Shown here: positions 62,504 through 64,000 of the stretch, one piece after another
Numbering within the stretch: position 1 is the stretch's first letter
Layout of the letters: every line of letters begins with the position of its first letter
NCBI GenBank assembly: GCA_964534185.1
Contig: CAZHOH010000002.1
Coordinates: 10,558-74,557, forward strand
Length of the DNA stretch: 64,000 bases
Direction: 5' to 3'
Source: Candidatus Woesearchaeota archaeon
GTDB taxonomy: Archaea > Nanobdellota > Nanobdellia > Pacearchaeales > GW2011-AR1
Notes under the pieces: model-generated
What the model saw: only the letters and a program-made list of their open reading frames with translations
The model's database searches: none
What the model was told of the DNA's origin: nothing
Position numbers and translations under genes: made by a program

Positions 62504-62808
62504 TAGGTCTTGTGTTTACGCTGTATATTTCTTCCATCATCAAGTTGCTCCCCCCGGGAACTGGCCTCAAGCAGTTGTACAAGATTTTCGTCTATCTCAT
62601 CCATTAGTTGGTTGCGCTGAACATTGAGATCGCATGCCTTCTTCAGACATGCCCAAAGCCTTTGTGCCCCATCTTCCGTATTCCAGTACTTGTCCTTGAA
62701 TTCCTTGAAAGACATCCGCCGGATCTCGTAGAGGAGTTCCTGGTTATCCCACATCTTGAGGTCAACGGTAATCAACTTATCTATCAATCCACCAAACGTA
62801 TCTGCCAT
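62500..62808 (-). CDS. small helical protein (102 aa), possibly DUF4254-like
   Basis: ORF coupled to the aminotransferase (ATGA-type overlap). Family call is tentative. Confidence 0.5.
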   Translation of the reverse strand: MADTFGGLIDKLITVDLKMWDNQELLYEIRRMSFKEFKDKYWNTEDGAQRLWACLKKACDLNVQRNQLMDEIDENLVQLLEASSRGEQLDDGRNIQRKHKTY

Positions 62809-62811
62809 ACC

Positions 62812-63951
62812 TTAGCTCCTTATATAGAAGCAGATATTGTCTTTCTGCTTCATTCTCTCAAAACCAAGACTTTCGTATAACCTACACGCTCTCATGTTGT
62901 CTGCGTCTACACTTAAATGTATAGTACGAATACCTTTGGCTCGCGCATGCCTCAAAAGAGCCAGCATCATGGCGCGACCATACCCCCTTCCCTGTGCGCT
63001 TGGAATAATACATATACCCAACCAGGTTTTTCCGTCCTCCGGGTCTAAGTGCCCATAGGCAACGGGAGCATCGCCCTCGCGACACAGAAGCGTTACTTCA
63101 TGACTGCGGATAATTGATGCTGGTCTCTTGTTAAAATATCTGAACGTTGACAGAGAATCCCCTGCAATGTCGAGGAATTTATGTACTTCGGGTTCTGTAG
63201 CTGACGTTATCTTGGTGGCAAATTTGACATCTTGCTTGAAGTCTTGCATGGTACAGGAATGTGCCAAACGATGGCCAAACATTCTAGGCAGCAACGAGTC
63301 AAAAACTGTATTCTTGAACCACGGTTCAGATACGATACACGTCATCCTGCCTACTGCTGCTCCCAGTATTAGTCCGCCCCCTACCCCTATGCTTATGGAA
63401 TATAGTGCGCGGCTCATGATGTATGTATCCTTCATGAGTTTTTCCAAATTCGGAGCCGTCACCCCAAGACGCGGAACGGTCAGGTCAACAACATTACTGA
63501 GTCCCTTCAAATAATCATATGCGGAACTAAAATATTCTCTGTACCTCAAATATTCTTGGTTTAGCTCAACGTCACGCTCTCCAAGCAAAACTACCTTGCA
63601 TCCTTGTTTATCCAACAAGGGTACAAGTTCTTTACATATTTGCCGGACGGTATCCTTGTGTATTTCCCGAACTTTCGTATTGATGCAGATATAGTCCCCT
63701 TCCGGTATCTTGGTCTTCTTAGTTAACCTGTCTACAAAATCTATTGGTACTACCCTCTTTCTTGGCCCGTATTGATGCCAGTTCATCGCAGGGCCATCTT
63801 GTGCCCTTACGCTACAGTCAAAACAATCCTCTCGATAGATAAGAGGCATAAACCCTTCCAAAAACTTGCTGTATTCCGAACCCCTGAAAGCCAAATATGC
63901 TACGTGGGGGAATACCAATATCTCTTCCTCGCTTGCCGCCATGGCGCGCAA
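62812..63951 (-). CDS. two-domain protein with C-terminal GNAT acetyltransferase
   Basis: C-terminal QGRGYGRAMMLALLRHA...LSVDADNMRACRLYESLGF (GNAT motif A). Confidence 0.75.
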   Translation of the reverse strand: MRAMAASEEEILVFPHVAYLAFRGSEYSKFLEGFMPLIYREDCFDCSVRAQDGPAMNWHQYGPRKRVVPIDFVDRLTKKTKIPEGDYICINTKVREIHKDTVRQICKELVPLLDKQGCKVVLLGERDVELNQEYLRYREYFSSAYDYLKGLSNVVDLTVPRLGVTAPNLEKLMKDTYIMSRALYSISIGVGGGLILGAAVGRMTCIVSEPWFKNTVFDSLLPRMFGHRLAHSCTMQDFKQDVKFATKITSATEPEVHKFLDIAGDSLSTFRYFNKRPASIIRSHEVTLLCREGDAPVAYGHLDPEDGKTWLGICIIPSAQGRGYGRAMMLALLRHARAKGIRTIHLSVDADNMRACRLYESLGFERMKQKDNICFYIRS

Positions 63952-64000
63952 AATGCTCCATTGACAAATCAGGTCACCGATCCCGACTCGTAGTCCGAAT

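Overview
This window is a gene-dense, mostly high-GC stretch, called by manual reading only (no searches run). About 75 protein genes sit in long co-directional blocks with strong GGAGG-type RBSs, mainly on the minus strand. I saw no rRNA, tRNA, CRISPR array or virion structural gene. The content looks like an accessory region of a very large phage or other large mobile element, not a core bacterial chromosome. Main modules: (1) Three C5 DNA methyltransferases, one interrupted by a LAGLIDADG intein exactly at the catalytic PCQ cysteine. (2) An NAD-centred block on one strand: WGR-PARP, PncB, a nicotinamidase-like hydrolase, NAD-dependent LigA, a TerY-P-like vWA/PP2C/kinase triad and a TerD-like protein. 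(3) A scattered RNA/DNA end-repair kit: trifunctional Pnkp-like kinase-phosphatase-ligase, Thg1-like enzyme, Pol-beta NTase, YhaM-like and DEDDh exonucleases, and a minimal ATP ligase. (4) Its own sigma-70 factor, peptide deformylase and an AAA+ ATPase. (5) Many glycosyltransferase, radical-SAM and sulfotransferase genes, ending in a visibly lower-GC sugar-modification cluster (about 56.5-64 kb). The three signals I would look at first: a nearly identical 140-164 nt module (5'UTR, 31-aa Cys/Arg-rich N-terminus, 26-nt perfect palindrome) heading three different glycosyltransferase genes; extreme over-representation of the palindrome CCCCCGGGGG; and a second, almost co-extensive 702-codon open frame over the intein-bearing methyltransferase gene.
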